A stretch of DNA of 58,866 bases from Candidatus Gottesmanbacteria bacterium (GCA_016218215.1 JACREM010000069.1:1-58866); one strand, 5' to 3'; shown: positions 29,797 to 40,467, counted from the stretch's first letter. Program-made: numbers and translations. Notes: a model not told the origin generated them from the letters alone.

Positions 29797-31230
29797 CTAT
29801 ATGATTCTTGGAAATAGGGCGGGCCCGGAAATGATTTTTTTGGATGTGAATTGTTTTATGATTTTACTTGAAGTATCCGGCATAAATGGCTCAAGCAATG
29901 TTGCGATTTCAACTATTCTATTTGACGCATCTTCAATGATGCGGGTTAGGCCTTTCCCCTCTAGTTTCCAGGGTTCGTTTGTGTCTATGAATTGATCCGC
30001 TTCTTTCATCTTTTTCCAGATGTTTGCCAGCGCATCGTTAAATCGAAATTCTTCGAGTTCTGTTTTACACACGTCTTTGCATACGACTTTATAGTTGTAT
30101 GTTTTTGTGTTGAGTGATGATGCTTTTTCAGCAAGCTTAGCGACGCGGGCGACGAGATTTCCTAGTCCTCCGGCAAGGTCGCTATTGTAGACCTCTTTGA
30201 ACCGTCTTTCGGAATAGTCTCCGTCGCTATACGAAGGGATTTCTTTTAGAAGATAATACCGCACTGCATCTGAGCCGTATTTTGTAATAATCGTCATCGG
30301 GTCAACGACGTTTCCTAAGGTTTTACTCATTTTTTGACCATCTACTGTGAGATAGCCATGTGAAAAACAAGATTTCGGAAGAGGAAGTCCGGCGGATGTT
30401 AGAATTGCCGGCCAGTAGACGACGTGAAATCGTAAGATACCTTTGCCGATGACCATGCAATCCTGTCCGGCCCATGTGTCAAATAGGGTTTGGTCATATC
30501 CAAACCCTATGCCGGTCTGGTAGATATTTAGCGCATCAAACCAGACATACATAATCTGGTCTGAATCTCCCGGTACCGGTACGCCCCAGCCTTTTGCGCG
30601 CTTAGTACTTCTTGAGATGGAAAAATCTTCAAGGCCGCGTCTCACAAAAGCGAGCGCTTCGTTTTTACGGATTTTTGGAAGAATTTTAAGCGTATCAGAT
30701 TCGAGCAAATTTTCAATGAACGATTGGTATTTTGAGAGGCTGAAGAAATAATTTTCCTCCGAGACTTGTTCAAGTTTTCTCCCAGGGTGTTCATAGCATT
30801 CGCCGTGTTCGTTTAATTCTTCTTTGGGGTAGAATTGTTCACATCCGACGCAATACAGTCCTGTATATGATTTTTTGTAGATATCGCCATTTTTTTCACA
30901 GAGTTTCCAGAGTTTTTGGGAAGAGGCAAAATGATGTATCTGATCCGTCCCGCGCTGCCAGATATCAAAATGGACGGAAAGTTTTTGCGCAAGATCCAAA
31001 AATTCCTTTTGATGTATGTCTGTAAATTCTTGAGGATTTTGTTTTGCTTTTTCTGCCGCCTGGACAATTTTCAATGCGTTTTCATCTGCTCCGCAGAGAT
31101 ACGTAACCGTGTAGCCCAAAAGCATTCTAAAGCGCCTGATAACGTCAGAGTAGACAAACTCCTGTGCGTGACCTATATGAGGAGCTGCATTGACGTACGG
31201 AATTGCGCTCGTGAGATAAAATTTTGCCAT
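29797..31230 (-). CDS. metG: Methionyl-tRNA synthetase (short form)
   Basis: 'YVNAAPHIGH', 'YVWFDAL', 'GKGILRFH', 'KMSKTLGN'. Confidence 0.95.
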   Translation of the reverse strand: MAKFYLTSAIPYVNAAPHIGHAQEFVYSDVIRRFRMLLGYTVTYLCGADENALKIVQAAEKAKQNPQEFTDIHQKEFLDLAQKLSVHFDIWQRGTDQIHHFASSQKLWKLCEKNGDIYKKSYTGLYCVGCEQFYPKEELNEHGECYEHPGRKLEQVSEENYFFSLSKYQSFIENLLESDTLKILPKIRKNEALAFVRRGLEDFSISRSTKRAKGWGVPVPGDSDQIMYVWFDALNIYQTGIGFGYDQTLFDTWAGQDCMVIGKGILRFHVVYWPAILTSAGLPLPKSCFSHGYLTVDGQKMSKTLGNVVDPMTIITKYGSDAVRYYLLKEIPSYSDGDYSERRFKEVYNSDLAGGLGNLVARVAKLAEKASSLNTKTYNYKVVCKDVCKTELEEFRFNDALANIWKKMKEADQFIDTNEPWKLEGKGLTRIIEDASNRIVEIATLLEPFMPDTSSKIIKQFTSKKIISGPALFPRII

Positions 31231-31263
31231 TTGATGCGATTGTAGCGAAATTAAACCTGAGAC

Positions 31264-31575
31264 TCAATGTTCGCTTTTCGTGTGTACCATCTGGTCTATA
31301 ATGACAAGGATACTCGTAAGTAAGATCGGATACAGGATATTTTTCAGTCCAAAGAGCCGTAGGACGAGTACCATGGAAACTCCGAGAGAGATGAGAAAGC
31401 ATCGGACAAATGATTTTGTCATTATGCTGCATGTGACAAAAAGAAAGCAAAAAAGTATAAAAAAGAAGAAAAGTATTGATGCGCTACTCGTTGGCGCTAT
31501 GGTTTGGATATAGAAACCAAAAAGTGACACAAGACTGATCCAGAGAAAAAGACGGAGCGGCGTATAAGATTTCAT
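31264..31575 (-). CDS. Small polytopic membrane protein
   Basis: About 4 hydrophobic segments; start re-called at 31575 (TATAGT 7 nt upstream). Confidence 0.65.
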   Translation of the reverse strand: MKSYTPLRLFLWISLVSLFGFYIQTIAPTSSASILFFFFILFCFLFVTCSIMTKSFVRCFLISLGVSMVLVLRLFGLKNILYPILLTSILVIIDQMVHTKSEH

Positions 31576-31625
31576 GTGTACTACTATAATACAAATTATT
31601 AAAAGAGCAGTATACTGTACCCAGA

Positions 31626-32627
31626 ATGTCTTTTGATTCAATCATTCTTATCACGGTTTTGATTTTAGGATTTATTTCCCTGGGTATATTTTTTGTATGG
31701 TATGCTGAAAAATCTAAGGCTCCGGCTAATGATAAAGCACTCCTGTCATGGCTTGGGTCAATGCAGCAATCTATTGAGCAAACAAATAAAACGCTTCATG
31801 AATCTATGCGGGGGTCTACGAGTGAGATGTCAAAGGTTTTGTCTGAAAATTCGAGACAGCTAAACGACAGACTCGATACAGCATCCCGAGTGATTGGGGA
31901 TCTAAAGAAAAACCTTGGAGAGATGTCTGAAGTTGGGCGGGGGATAAAGAGCCTGCAGGAGTTTTTACAATCCCCGAAACTTCGGGGGAATATAGGCGAA
32001 GAAGTGCTAAAAGACATGATCGGACAGACGTTTCCCCGTAATTCATTTCACTTGCAGTATTCGTTTCATTCAGGCGTCAAAGTAGATGCGGTACTTAAAA
32101 CCGATGCGGGTCTCCTTTGTATAGACTCAAAATTTCCCATGGAAAATTTTACCCTGATGCACACAGGAGAGAGTGAAGAGGAGAGAAAGAGAGCAGGAAA
32201 AGAGTTTGCGGCGGATATAAAAAAACATATTAGCGATATAAGTAAGAAATATATTTTGCCCGAGGAGGGGACGATGGATTTTGCACTCATGTATATACCA
32301 TCTGAAGCCGTCTATTACGAACTCGTCAATATTGCCGATGTCATGGAGTATGCCCGCAAAGAACGGGTGTACCCGGTTTCGCCAAACACACTGTATGCGC
32401 ATTTACAACTTCTTCTCGTCAGTTTTCAGGGGAAAGCCATGGAGGAAAAATCCAAAGAAGTGTTTACGCTTCTACGCGCCATACAAAAAGATTACAAAAA
32501 GATTGACGACCAGCTGTCGACACTGAATAAGCACGTGACAAATGCATACAACAGCATGTCTTCTGTTTCAAGCGCCCATGCCCAGATGGGGCAGAAGCTT
32601 CAGGGCAAAAATGCGCTTATTGAGTAA
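31626..32627 (+). CDS. rmuC: DNA recombination protein RmuC
   Basis: N-terminal TM, coiled coil, 'RGNIGE', 'IDSKFP', 'DFALMYIPSE', 'SPNTL'. Confidence 0.9.
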   Translation: MSFDSIILITVLILGFISLGIFFVWYAEKSKAPANDKALLSWLGSMQQSIEQTNKTLHESMRGSTSEMSKVLSENSRQLNDRLDTASRVIGDLKKNLGEMSEVGRGIKSLQEFLQSPKLRGNIGEEVLKDMIGQTFPRNSFHLQYSFHSGVKVDAVLKTDAGLLCIDSKFPMENFTLMHTGESEEERKRAGKEFAADIKKHISDISKKYILPEEGTMDFALMYIPSEAVYYELVNIADVMEYARKERVYPVSPNTLYAHLQLLLVSFQGKAMEEKSKEVFTLLRAIQKDYKKIDDQLSTLNKHVTNAYNSMSSVSSAHAQMGQKLQGKNALIE

Positions 32628-33351
32628 CGGCGCCTGTTGCTCCTGATGGAGTTGCGGTAGATTTCACTGGAAGAGAGAAATCTTTTAGATGCGTGACTTC
32701 TGTGATGGTACTCAGCTTTGAATCCCAAAGACCTTTCACCTGTACTCTGTCGTTTACATTGACCACGTCAAGCGTCATAGTTTCATTTTTTCTGTTCACA
32801 ATTTTTGCTTTTGACGTGTCTACCGTTACAGACTGGCTGCCGCGGTTTACCGTTTGAAGGGTAAAGGTGTTTCCTGATTTGCTGCTCACCGTGCCGACGA
32901 ATGTACCTTTTCGTTTCTGAACAGACGTGTCACGAATCATCGTGGCATTCATAGCTGTAGCGTCTGCATTTGTCCATTTTCCCCAGACGTTCACTACATC
33001 TCCGACTGAAATTTCGGAGAACATGCCGCTACCCCAGAAGCGCCTACGGTATTTTGTGCTTGAGTCAGTCGTGACAGAAATAGTTTTTCCGTCTTTAGTG
33101 ACAGTGAGTGTAGAACCCGAGACTCCCGTAATTGAACCGCCAGTAAAATGTGCGGGTCTGTTGGTTTTGTCTGTACGAAGAGTTTTTATCTCCTCTTTTA
33201 TTTCTTTACGGTTTTCCTGGATAGATTCTCGAATCTGTTGCCTTGTGGTGGTTGGCGTTTGAGCAAAGATGCTTCCTGCTGTGAGAAACGGACTGACAGC
33301 AATAGTGGAAAGTACGGCTACGCGAAAAATCGGGTTATTTTTGAATGTCAT
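32617..33351 (-). CDS. Secreted protein with two DUF5666-like OB-fold repeats
   Basis: Signal peptide; repeated 'G.I..VSG.TLTV....V.VT....VGD.V.V.G'; strong SD AAGGAGG. Confidence 0.7.
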   Translation of the reverse strand: MTFKNNPIFRVAVLSTIAVSPFLTAGSIFAQTPTTTRQQIRESIQENRKEIKEEIKTLRTDKTNRPAHFTGGSITGVSGSTLTVTKDGKTISVTTDSSTKYRRRFWGSGMFSEISVGDVVNVWGKWTNADATAMNATMIRDTSVQKRKGTFVGTVSSKSGNTFTLQTVNRGSQSVTVDTSKAKIVNRKNETMTLDVVNVNDRVQVKGLWDSKLSTITEVTHLKDFSLPVKSTATPSGATGAVTQ

Positions 33352-33553
33352 AGTATTCCTCCTTATGAACTTTTTGTACTCTCTAAAAAGGCCGCTTCTA
33401 TTATATTTTTATTTAAGGATGCGGCACTAGGGTTCGTAATCACAAATATCTATGAAGCTATTTGCGAACGTTCCCTTAGTAATACGTAGAAACTTTCTAA
33501 AAAGTTTCAAACACACACAATTTTGATTGTGAAGGGTATAATGGTGACACAGT

Positions 33554-36460
33554 ATGAGTGATGCTGATAAACGAATTTTAAATGATGAGCAGAAGGATGC
33601 GGTAGAACATGGCGAAGGGCCGCTTCTTATCATAGCCGGAGCGGGAACGGGGAAAACGACCGTCATAACCGAGCGGATCGTACACCTTATCACTTCAGGA
33701 AGAGCAAAGCCTCAGGAGATACTAGCGCTCACGTTTACTGAAAAAGCAAGCCAAGAGATGGAGGAGCGGGTAGATAAAGCGCTTCCGTATGGTGTAACTC
33801 AGATGTGGATTTCGACATTTCATGCGTTTTGCGATCGGGTGATTCGGGCTCACGGGATACATATTGGTATAGATCCCGGATTTCGCGTGATGACAGAGGC
33901 AGAAACGATACAATTTTTTAAGCGTCATTTATTTTCGTTTGGCTTGTCGTATTTCAGGCCTCTCGGGAATCCCCAAAAATTTATCCAAGGGATGATTACG
34001 CACTTTTCAAGGCTTAAAGATGAAGACGTGACACCCAATGCTTATTTAGATTGGGTGAAATCAAATTTTAAAAATCAAAAATCAAAAATGCAGACTGAAG
34101 AGAAAGAAGAACGGGAAAAATATAGGGAATTGGCGGAGGCGTATGGTCTGTATGAAAAATTAAAACTCAAGGAGAGTGTATTTGATTTTAGTGACCTTAT
34201 TTCTTACTGTCTCAAGCTTTTTCGTGAGAGGTCATCGGTACTTAAGGAGTATCAAGATCAATTTTCGTATGTATTGATCGACGAATTTCAGGATACAAAT
34301 TTTGCGCAAAACGAACTTGCGATGCTTCTTGCAGCTCCCAAAAACAATCTTACTGTCGTCGGTGATGATGATCAGGCCATTTACCGATGGCGTGGAGCAG
34401 CAGTGTCTAATATTGTCCAGTTTCGGTCAACATACAAGGAAGCTAAAGTAATAGTGTTGACAAAAAATTACCGGTCAACACAGGAAATTTTAGATAGGTC
34501 TCATGATGCCGTAGAACACAATAACCCGGATCGGTTAGAAGTGGTAGAAAAAATAGATAAGAAACTCGAAAGCATGAGGCGGATAAAAGGCGAACAGGTA
34601 CAGTTGATTTTGACTAACCGTGGAGAGGATGAGGCAGATGAGGTTGTAAAGCTAATATTAAAAATTAAAAATCAAATATCAAATAAATATGAGTGGAGGG
34701 ACTTTGCTATTCTTGTGCGTGCAAATGCGCACGCAGAACCATTTGTTCGTTCTCTTTCCCGCGCCGGAATACCATATCAGTTCCTAGGACCAGGCCAGCT
34801 TCTCCGTCAAGCGGAGATAAAAGATCTGATCGCGTACCTGACGCTTCTAACAAACTTTTACGATAATGTTGCGTTTTATCGAGTGCTTTCGATGGACTGG
34901 ATGCATATAGACGGAAGAGATATCGTCGCAATCGCCGCGTCGGCTCGAAAGCAAGGCATATCTCTTTTTGAGGTGTGCGAAAAAGTTGAATCGTTATCGA
35001 TTTCTGAAGCATCAAAGAGTGCAGTCGCATCTTTTGTTTCTATGGTTCATCGTCACATGGAGCGTATGAAAAAAGAATCGGCTGGTCAGATACTCTACTA
35101 TTTTTTGGAAGATTCGGGACTGCTCGTAAACCTCGCAGCGTACAAGACTGAAGCAGACGAACGAAGAGCCATGAACGTTGCTAAATTTTTTAATAAGCTC
35201 AAGTCATATGAGACGACACATGGCGACGCCAGTGTCTTTGCTGTTTTGGATTGGATTTCGCTTTCACTTGATCTCGGCGAATCTCCGGCTTCAAGCGACA
35301 CCGACTGGGCAGAGGAAAATGCAGTAAATATATTAACAATTCATGGTTCAAAAGGTCTTGAATTTCCGGTCGTATTTGTGGTGAATCTCGTGTCCGGCAG
35401 ATTCCCAACCATAGAGCGCAAAGAACAGATTCCTCTTCCGGATGTGTTTATACATGAAATACTCCCATCAGGAGAATACCACGAACAGGAAGAGCGTCGG
35501 ATTTTTTACGTGGCGATGACCCGCGCACGGGACCATTTAATAGTATCCGGATCGAAGTTTTATAACGAAGGAAAACGTGAAAGAAAACTTTCACCGTTTA
35601 TAGGAGAGGCGCTGGGCGAAAGAATATCCAATATCCAATATCCAATATCCAACGAGGAGAAGCAGTTATCATTTTTAGATTGGGGCAAGAAAGAGGAGGC
35701 GAAGCCTTCTCCCAAAAATGCATCACCAGTATCATTTCTCTCATACTCACAGCTCAATTCCTTTGAGACGTGTCCTTTGCAGTATAAATATCGATATATA
35801 GTGAAACTTCCTGTTCCGCCGTCTGCTGCGTTGTCGTTTGGCGATACCATTCATAAAACGGTGTATGCATTTTATGATCTGGTACGAAAAGGGGAGAGAC
35901 CGACGTCTAAAACACTCCTTTCACTGTATACTGGTTTCTGGTCGAGGATCGGGTACGGAAATGCATCATATGAGGAAAAAATGAAAGCGCATGGAGTAGA
36001 GCTTCTCGAAGGATTTTATAAAAAGGGATACATAAAAGGACATGTGCCAATTGCTCTAGAAGAGCCGTTTAAGATAAAAATAACTCCCCATCTGACACTT
36101 GGCGGCAAAGTAGACCGTATAGATGCACGGGAGGACGGCAAAGTAGAAATTATAGATTACAAGACCGGAAAGACTCCGAAAAATAGAGATGTGACGAAAG
36201 ATTTTCAGCTTTCAGTTTACGCTCTCGCGGCGACTGCGCCGACACTGTACACAAGAAAACCTGAAGATGTCATCGTATCTTTTTATTTTTTTGAAGATCA
36301 GATGAAGGTGAGCGGTACCCGAACACAGGAACAGCTTGATGAGGCGCGGGAGACTGTCAAGAAGCGTGCGGAGGAAATACAAACGAGTACTTTTTCGCCT
36401 ACTTCAGGAAAACACTGTGATTTTTGTGAATTTAAACTCATCTGTGAAGCCTGGCAGTAA
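33554..36460 (+). CDS. UvrD/PcrA-family helicase fused to a C-terminal PD-(D/E)xK nuclease with a 4-Cys cluster (AdnA/AddAB-like)
   Basis: 'AGAGTGKT', 'DEFQD', 'KGLEF', 'YVAMTRA'; 'SYSQL..F..CP', 'GKVDRID', 'IDYKTG', 'QL..Y', 'CDFCEFKLIC'. Confidence 0.9.
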   Translation: MSDADKRILNDEQKDAVEHGEGPLLIIAGAGTGKTTVITERIVHLITSGRAKPQEILALTFTEKASQEMEERVDKALPYGVTQMWISTFHAFCDRVIRAHGIHIGIDPGFRVMTEAETIQFFKRHLFSFGLSYFRPLGNPQKFIQGMITHFSRLKDEDVTPNAYLDWVKSNFKNQKSKMQTEEKEEREKYRELAEAYGLYEKLKLKESVFDFSDLISYCLKLFRERSSVLKEYQDQFSYVLIDEFQDTNFAQNELAMLLAAPKNNLTVVGDDDQAIYRWRGAAVSNIVQFRSTYKEAKVIVLTKNYRSTQEILDRSHDAVEHNNPDRLEVVEKIDKKLESMRRIKGEQVQLILTNRGEDEADEVVKLILKIKNQISNKYEWRDFAILVRANAHAEPFVRSLSRAGIPYQFLGPGQLLRQAEIKDLIAYLTLLTNFYDNVAFYRVLSMDWMHIDGRDIVAIAASARKQGISLFEVCEKVESLSISEASKSAVASFVSMVHRHMERMKKESAGQILYYFLEDSGLLVNLAAYKTEADERRAMNVAKFFNKLKSYETTHGDASVFAVLDWISLSLDLGESPASSDTDWAEENAVNILTIHGSKGLEFPVVFVVNLVSGRFPTIERKEQIPLPDVFIHEILPSGEYHEQEERRIFYVAMTRARDHLIVSGSKFYNEGKRERKLSPFIGEALGERISNIQYPISNEEKQLSFLDWGKKEEAKPSPKNASPVSFLSYSQLNSFETCPLQYKYRYIVKLPVPPSAALSFGDTIHKTVYAFYDLVRKGERPTSKTLLSLYTGFWSRIGYGNASYEEKMKAHGVELLEGFYKKGYIKGHVPIALEEPFKIKITPHLTLGGKVDRIDAREDGKVEIIDYKTGKTPKNRDVTKDFQLSVYALAATAPTLYTRKPEDVIVSFYFFEDQMKVSGTRTQEQLDEARETVKKRAEEIQTSTFSPTSGKHCDFCEFKLICEAWQ
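35623..35650. repeat. Perfect heptamer tandem (AATATCC)x4 inside the helicase-nuclease gene
   Basis: Read directly from sequence. Confidence 0.95.
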
Positions 36461-36470
36461 AATAATGAGC

Positions 36471-37316
36471 TTAGAGCTTAGAGACTGGGTAGTACAGTTC
36501 TTTTCCGCCGAAGCCTTCCTTGAATTTGGTAAATCCTTTCCACTGAGTATTTTCCTTAGGAATTCGTTCATCCCATACGCCGATAAAGTCAAACCATTTC
36601 ATCCTTTTTGTTTTTGACAGTTTCATGGCTTCAAAAACAAGAAGTGTCGGGGCAGAGAGTTTTTTCCCCTCATGTGTCGCGCCTGCGATCCAGTAATATG
36701 CTGTCTGTTTATGGAAAATGAGAAGGATGCCCCCGATAGGATTATGTGAAGCGGAAGCTGGTACTGTTTTATATGCAAGAAGAATAGATGCATGATCTGG
36801 TGAAAATGTATCCCAGAGTTCTCTGGTGCCGTGGGTTGTGATAAACCCTAAAAAACCTGCGGATGTATTTTTGACGGCAATAAGATCATAAATCGCGTGT
36901 GATTCCCGAATAAGCACGCCGTTTTTTTCTGCGCGCCTGACGGCGCGTCTCTTGGCTTCGGAAAAATGTCCAAATATGGTGTCTACAGGTGGTGCAAGAT
37001 CAGCGCGGATGGTTTTTGTCGCAAGATATGGAGTGGTATTGATTTTTACATACCCAGATAATGATTTGATCCATGGTGTAAATATTTGTTGAGATACACG
37101 TTCTGAAGGCTCAATAGCGAGAGTTTTGATGGTATATTTTTTGATGACGGCTAAAAGAGAAGGAAGAGGAGGGAGAGAGGAAATTCGCTGAAGTTTTGCA
37201 AGAGTGCCCAAAAAGGGAATTTTTTTCACGAATACTGCGCATTGACCAAGAGAAGTTACCTGCCAACCAAGTGACTGAATATACTTTCTATACAGTGGTG
37301 ACTGTTGAAGTTCCAT
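36471..37316 (-). CDS. FemAB-family peptidoglycan bridge / GNAT-fold ligase
   Basis: 'LQQS', 'RRAVRRAEKNGV', 'GFTKFKEGFGG'. Confidence 0.82.
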   Translation of the reverse strand: MELQQSPLYRKYIQSLGWQVTSLGQCAVFVKKIPFLGTLAKLQRISSLPPLPSLLAVIKKYTIKTLAIEPSERVSQQIFTPWIKSLSGYVKINTTPYLATKTIRADLAPPVDTIFGHFSEAKRRAVRRAEKNGVLIRESHAIYDLIAVKNTSAGFLGFITTHGTRELWDTFSPDHASILLAYKTVPASASHNPIGGILLIFHKQTAYYWIAGATHEGKKLSAPTLLVFEAMKLSKTKRMKWFDFIGVWDERIPKENTQWKGFTKFKEGFGGKELYYPVSKL

Positions 37317-38341
37317 TATATGCGACTAAAGAAATGGAGAAGTGAAAAACGAGCGGTGTCTGCAAATGTATAGAGTGAATAGAGAACTGGCTGAAGCACT
37401 AGGTCAAATGAGCCGATAAATTCTATGAGAGTCGGACTATATCCCTCCTTAAATTTATGAAATCCAAACCAAGGATCCTTCTCGTTGGACCCGTTAGCTT
37501 TCGGAGGTCCGAGCGCTCCCCAGAGGTCTATGGTTTTTATACCATGCTTTTTCCCCCATCGAATAATCTCCCAGAGCATCAGATTTGGTGCCATGACGTC
37601 TCTATGATCCCGTGATGATGCACCGTAGGGATAATAAAGCGTGTCGTGGAGGATAAACATAACCCAAGCTGCAAGCGTTTTCCCTTCATATGTCGCAGTA
37701 AAGAGCTGTGCATTCTGGTTTTTTGAAAATATGTTCCAGAGAGTTTTCTGATAAATTTCGTTATGCGCATAAAACCCCTGTCTTTTGGTGGTTTCTTTTG
37801 AGAGTCTGATAAACTCTTCAAATGCATTGTCGCTATTATCTTCGGCAATTTTTACCCCTTTTTTTTGAGCGAGACGAATATTGTATCGGGTTTTTTGATG
37901 AAAAGACTGTAGAAGTTCCTCTTCGGTTTTTGCGATATCGAGAATGAATGTGTACTTCGTAAATAATGGATGATGGGATGGTTTTAGAGCCGATGGCTGA
38001 CAGCTTTCAGCTGACAGCTGAATATTTGGTTCAAGTTGAATAAATATAGCATTGTTCTTTTTTCCTAGATCCTTGAGGGTTGAGATCATGAAGTCATAAG
38101 GTTTTGGACCTTTGGGGAAATACCCGATTGTATATGGCAATTTTGGAATTTTATGAAATGAAATCTGCCATGCATCGACTGGTTTTTTATTTTTGAGCAT
38201 GAGGAGTCGTTCGACTTTTACGCCCATCGCTTTCCGAAATTCCCCCCACGCCCATGATTGGAGTGGATGAGTAGCGAGTGAGTCCCACAGCGATCGGTCA
38301 GATTTTTCTGGAGTGCGCATCGACAGATTTTCTGAAGTCAT
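37316..38341 (-). CDS. FemX/FemAB-family lipid II:amino acid ligase
   Basis: 'HPLQSWAWGEFR', 'KTRYNIRLAQKKGV', 'YPYGAS', 'GFHKFKEGY'. Confidence 0.88.
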   Translation of the reverse strand: MTSENLSMRTPEKSDRSLWDSLATHPLQSWAWGEFRKAMGVKVERLLMLKNKKPVDAWQISFHKIPKLPYTIGYFPKGPKPYDFMISTLKDLGKKNNAIFIQLEPNIQLSAESCQPSALKPSHHPLFTKYTFILDIAKTEEELLQSFHQKTRYNIRLAQKKGVKIAEDNSDNAFEEFIRLSKETTKRQGFYAHNEIYQKTLWNIFSKNQNAQLFTATYEGKTLAAWVMFILHDTLYYPYGASSRDHRDVMAPNLMLWEIIRWGKKHGIKTIDLWGALGPPKANGSNEKDPWFGFHKFKEGYSPTLIEFIGSFDLVLQPVLYSLYTFADTARFSLLHFFSRI

Positions 38342-38386
38342 GAGCGTATTATCGCTCTTTTTTTCGTGTGGTACAATGGATATACC

Positions 38387-38605
38387 ATGAAGTCAAAGAC
38401 AGCAAAGAAGAGGATAACGAAACATGAGAATGATTTTTCATGGTTGCCTATTGATTCACGACTTCTTCCGCATCTGTTTTCTTTTGGTCATGTAAAGGGG
38501 ATAGCACGGGTGTTTATCGAGATAGAGATGATACTGTCCGTGTTTGTTGTTCTTGGAACATTTCTCGTTGTCCTCATGAAAATATCCGGTGTTTACAATA
38601 GGTAA
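38387..38605 (+). CDS. Small membrane protein
   Basis: 72 aa with C-terminal TM; TGGTACAAT 9 nt upstream of ATG 38387. Confidence 0.6.
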   Translation: MKSKTAKKRITKHENDFSWLPIDSRLLPHLFSFGHVKGIARVFIEIEMILSVFVVLGTFLVVLMKISGVYNR

Positions 38606-40449
38606 TCATCTCTTTGAAATCCACGGCTTGCATCAAGTGATACTTGAAGATGGAGTGTCCACTGCGGAATGTCAGAGATAAATCGCGAGATGATGTTTTC
38701 CGTTCGTGTACCAAAAAATAACCGTTTATTTGCGTGGGTGAGATAAATTTGCTCTTTGGCTCGCGTGAGTGCGACATAGCAAAGGCGACGTTCTTCTTCG
38801 AGCTCATCTTTATCCATGACAGATCTACTATGAGGGAATAACCCTTCTTCCATGCCGATAAGAAATACTATGGGAAACTCAAGGCCTTTGGATGCATGGA
38901 CTGTCGTCATAACAACGGCTTTTTTTTTGTCTGTGTTCGATTTTGATCGTGGTTCAGATGCTTGTTCAACCAAGGAAATGGTTTCCAAAAATTCGCGAAG
39001 AACGGGAAATTCCAGAGCCACAGACCGAAGCTCCTTGATATTTTCAATTCTCGATGCTTCTTCCTCCACATGAGCATCATAAAGAGAAAGATATGATGTG
39101 ACAGACAGAATGTCATCAAGAATTTCAGTGGCCGTACGCGCGATAAGTGCATCTTCTGATTCTAGGGTCTTGCGATAGTCAAGAAATTTTGCCAGTTTTG
39201 TTTTTCCAATTTTTTCGGCTCTTCGAAATGAGACTTCATCTTTTTTGTTTTCTATGAGACGCAAGTAACAGAGAACATCTTTTATCTCTTTTCGTTCATA
39301 AAATCTCGTGCCTCCTACAAGAGCATACGGGACTCCGGCACGGATAAACGCTTCTTCTAGTACTCGAGACTGAGCGTTTGTTCTATAAAGAATAGCAAAA
39401 TCTTCATATGGGCGTCCTGACTGCAGTACTGTTTGGAGGATAAAAGACGCCTCATCATGTTCGTTTCTGGCTTCATACAGTGTAATTTTTTCGCCTCCGG
39501 CTTTATTGGTCCAAAGTTTTAGAATTGGATGACTTTTATTTTTTGCGATTACTCCATACGCTGCGTCGAGAATGATCTGTGTAGAACGATAATTTTGAGA
39601 AAGATGAAATTCTTTTGCCTCCGGATAATCGGATTTAAAATTGATGATATTTCGAAAGTCAGCTCCCCGCCAGCGGTAGATTGATTGAGAAGCGTCGCCG
39701 ACGACGGAAATATTCCGAAACCGTTTTGCTAGAAGTTTTGTCAGTTCATACTGTGCTTTGTTTGTATCCTGATATTCATCGACAAAAATATAGCGAAATC
39801 GATTCTGATAACTTCCTAAAACTTCGCTATTTTTTTGAAACAGAGAAACGGTATATGACAAGAGGTCATCAAAGTCCAGCGCGCCATTTTTTGCAAGCGT
39901 CGACTGGTATTTTGCGTAGACAGTAGACACAATTTCCTGAAAATACCCTCGCGCTATCCCTCCATAGTCAGATGGAGAAATGAGTTCATTTTTTGCTTCA
40001 GATATAGTATGAAGAACGCTGCCCGGATTGGTATTTTTCGTTGAAATATCAAGCTCTTTCATAATTTCTTTTACCGTGTCGAGCTGGTCGGAATCATCGT
40101 AGATGACAAAATTTTGCGGAATGCCTATGTGTTTTCCGTCTCTTCGAAGGATGAGCGCTGAGAGGGCATGGAACGTTCCGGCATAAGGGATTGCGTTTGT
40201 ATGGTGTGATTCTTGAGCGAGAAGCGAGGCAATGCGTTCTTTCATCTCCATCGCGGCTTTATTTGTAAATGTCACCATAAGTATTTCTAAGGGAAGAATG
40301 TGTTTTTCCGAAATAAGATATGCGCTTTTATGTGTGAGCACTTTTGTTTTTCCGCTTCCGGCGCCTGCAAGTATGAGAGCCGGTCCGTCTGCATGGAGTA
40401 CCGCTTCCTGCTGTTCGGTATTTAGGCCTTGAAGAAGAATGGATGCCAT
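38593..40449 (-). CDS. pcrA: ATP-dependent DNA helicase PcrA/UvrD
   Basis: 'AGAGSGKT', 'TFTNKAA', 'DEYQD', 'YRTNAQSR', 'EEERRLCYVALTRA'; start re-called at 40449. Confidence 0.93.
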   Translation of the reverse strand: MASILLQGLNTEQQEAVLHADGPALILAGAGSGKTKVLTHKSAYLISEKHILPLEILMVTFTNKAAMEMKERIASLLAQESHHTNAIPYAGTFHALSALILRRDGKHIGIPQNFVIYDDSDQLDTVKEIMKELDISTKNTNPGSVLHTISEAKNELISPSDYGGIARGYFQEIVSTVYAKYQSTLAKNGALDFDDLLSYTVSLFQKNSEVLGSYQNRFRYIFVDEYQDTNKAQYELTKLLAKRFRNISVVGDASQSIYRWRGADFRNIINFKSDYPEAKEFHLSQNYRSTQIILDAAYGVIAKNKSHPILKLWTNKAGGEKITLYEARNEHDEASFILQTVLQSGRPYEDFAILYRTNAQSRVLEEAFIRAGVPYALVGGTRFYERKEIKDVLCYLRLIENKKDEVSFRRAEKIGKTKLAKFLDYRKTLESEDALIARTATEILDDILSVTSYLSLYDAHVEEEASRIENIKELRSVALEFPVLREFLETISLVEQASEPRSKSNTDKKKAVVMTTVHASKGLEFPIVFLIGMEEGLFPHSRSVMDKDELEEERRLCYVALTRAKEQIYLTHANKRLFFGTRTENIISRFISDIPQWTLHLQVSLDASRGFQRDDYLL

Positions 40450-40467
40450 AGGGTATAATAGTATCAC

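Noticed and set aside
28898..40449. Anti-phage defence island (TatD, RmuC, two helicases)
   Set aside because: These genes are interleaved with metG and femAB and look like core repair genes; no defence operon layout was recognised.
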